Assembly: GCF_006345805.1 (NCBI RefSeq)
Contig: NC_043007.1
Span: 54,560,001-54,624,000, forward strand
DNA from: Octopus sinensis
Taxonomy: Eukaryota
DNA: 64,000 nucleotides
Direction of reading: 5' to 3'
Every line of letters starts with the position of its first letter. The first letter of the stretch is position 1. A model generated the notes under the pieces. It was not told where the DNA came from. It made no database searches and saw only the letters and a program-made list of their open reading frames with translations. Made by a program: the position numbers and the translations under genes. Below are positions 61,851 to 64,000 of this stretch, in pieces.

Positions 61851-64000
61851 CAAATATAATTTCCTTTCACTTCCTTTAATTTGCAGGCTTGTTTTAAGAA
61901 TCAGTTTCTCCATTTAGTAGATTCTTGATGCAAGCAATGCTTTATTTATTTGCAAAAAATATTCTCTTGTGAACATTACTGCTTGGTATGTGTGATAAAT
62001 AGTTTTTACTGTTTCTCTCTGCATGCATTAGAATGTGTGAGAGTAATGTGTATGCTATTCTTTTTACGAACATCAATTAAAATTTTTTGATTCTTAAATT
62101 TTTATTTCTCTAAATGATTTATGTTCGTAATTACGTATAGTTACTCTGCATTTGTTATTTAAATGGTAACAGTCCATTTAAAGGCTTTATTAATTACCAT
62201 GTCAGAAAATCAATCAACAGAATCTATTCTGTGTAAGAATAACCCGCTAGATAAGCTAATAAAAGTAGCAAAGGATTTTTTACTATCAACACCAAAATCA
62301 AATACTAGTATTTATTTAAAGCAAAAAAAAAAAAATTACCTTTTAGTCATGAGGTAAGGCAGGAAATCTAAGACCAGTGAGAGGAAGAAGGAAAGGATCC
62401 TCAAATTGGAAACCTGGCCTCAATGGCAGCAGCAAAGTGAACTCTATTAAAGGCACCTGAGGTATCAGGTGGTGCTGACAAAATGGATTCAATGAATTTG
62501 ACCTTCCTGGATGATAATTAAAAAGATGTTACATGTTACACATCTATTATGACTGATCCATATTCTCATTAAAAGAAAGGTCCTTTTACCAAATGTTTAG
62601 TAGATGGGTAGCTTTTGACAGAAGTATTTTAAAAAATGAATCTCTCTTGGATTTATATAACCATTCTCAAACTAATTAAAGGCATGTAAAAAAACTCGAA
62701 CTAATTAAAGACATGTAAAAAAAACAAATTTGTAGGCATAAGTTTGTGAACAATTAACTTCAGATGCTTCACTATGTGGCCTCGGTAGCACAGTAGGCAG
62801 CACATCACTCTCATAATCATTATGTTATTATTGATCCTGTATTATACATGCCTGTTTGGACACACTCACATACCACTTTCATTTCTTAAATTTAAGAGTG
62901 AAGAAACATTGCCATGCCAACACACATGCATGTGCAATGCTGAGCATACCATGTGCAATGTTGGTTTATATATTTTCAATATAAACAAGCATTCAGCCAT
63001 TGATCTACATAAGATTTTAGTTAATTATAAAGTTTTATTGTGCATGTAAATTATTAAACTGTAGAGGTATTGTCATATATATATACCTCAGTTAATGACT
63101 AGCTTATTACTACTGTAGATGATGCTGTCTTTTGTTTACTTGAGGATCCAACCTAATGGATACTTGTGTACTGAAATATGGTTCAAATGTACAAGTCTCC
63201 AATATGCAAGTGGCTAATAGGTGTCAGCAGAAGGGCACCCAGGAGTCATGATCTGGATGCAGCCTGGCCCCCTTAGAGTATAAGAAATTAAGGGCTCAAA
63301 CACTTACCTGAGGTAGGGGATTCTTTGCCGAAGACCTGCTGCTTAGTTCTCCCAAGAGTTTCTTACCACCCCACTATACATAATTTGAAATATTTGCCCA
63401 TAAGCTTAGCTAAAGTTTTTAGAAATCTGATTAATTTATTTACCCAAATAAAATCCAGCTCAATGATAACTTACATGAATATCCCAGTAAATCATACGAG
63501 TTAAATTCAATATGTTGAATGTTTTCTACCCTTTTTGAGTAAAACTATACAATGTATTTGAGTTGAATTATTCCTAAATGAAATTCACATCCGTCCTTAA
63601 TAAATATTAATTTAATTTATTCTCATTAAATCTTATCTAAAGAACTAATTAACTTATGCAGTTGGTGAAATATAGTTTCAAAATAGTAAAATTGTAAGTT
63701 ATAAGTACTGACTTATTTTGTTCTTGTTAAACATAACTAGAAAAGGGTGAACTTTTTAAAAATATATTCTAGAGACCTTGTTGAATATTTCTGCTAGCTT
63801 TGCTTGAGTAAACATGAAAGTACATAGAAAAATATAAGATCAGCCTATATAACATAATTTGCTCAGATCATGTTGGAAGCATTGTAATAATCAGAAAATG
63901 CTGTATTTGTTTCTGTTTCTGTTTTGAAATTTAAAAAATCACATGGTATTATCAGAGATGGACTCAGTTGGTGCATACTGGTCTTAATACCTTGACATTC

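Overview
AT-rich, microsatellite-dense animal genomic DNA; the repeat families look like those of Octopus (inference). There is one 100-N scaffold gap at 36220-36319. Two host genes are supported. The first is the first coding exon of a GPATCH11-like gene on the minus strand (1287-1342). The second is five internal exons of a HEATR5 (HEATR5A/B orthologue) gene on the plus strand (39353-48680). They face away from each other, as GPATCH11 and HEATR5B do in human. The rest is mostly transposon-derived. Three distinct Penelope-like element (PLE) families carry hammerhead-ribozyme (HHR) or HHR-like motifs. PLE-1 (4319-10834) is 5'-truncated, has an inverted terminal segment, and is interrupted by an RTE LINE. 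PLE-2 (19824-25023) is full length, with 477-bp direct pLTRs and a 1105-aa ORF carrying two long Asn-rich insertions. PLE-3 (49528-50525, plus a fragment at 2391-2620) is a ~1-kb foldback in which the end of a GIY-YIG endonuclease is followed by a tRNA-derived Pol III head, (AAT)n and an HHR-like core; this is the most unusual system here. Also present: RTE, HERO-like and R4-like LINE remnants, a decayed Ty3/Gypsy element with its RT core deleted, two mariner copies, TTAA-flanked MITEs, tRNA-derived SINEs, a Helitron-like duplicated element and several DNA palindromes. Most short ORFs in the supplied track are translated microsatellites or antisense frames of repeats.
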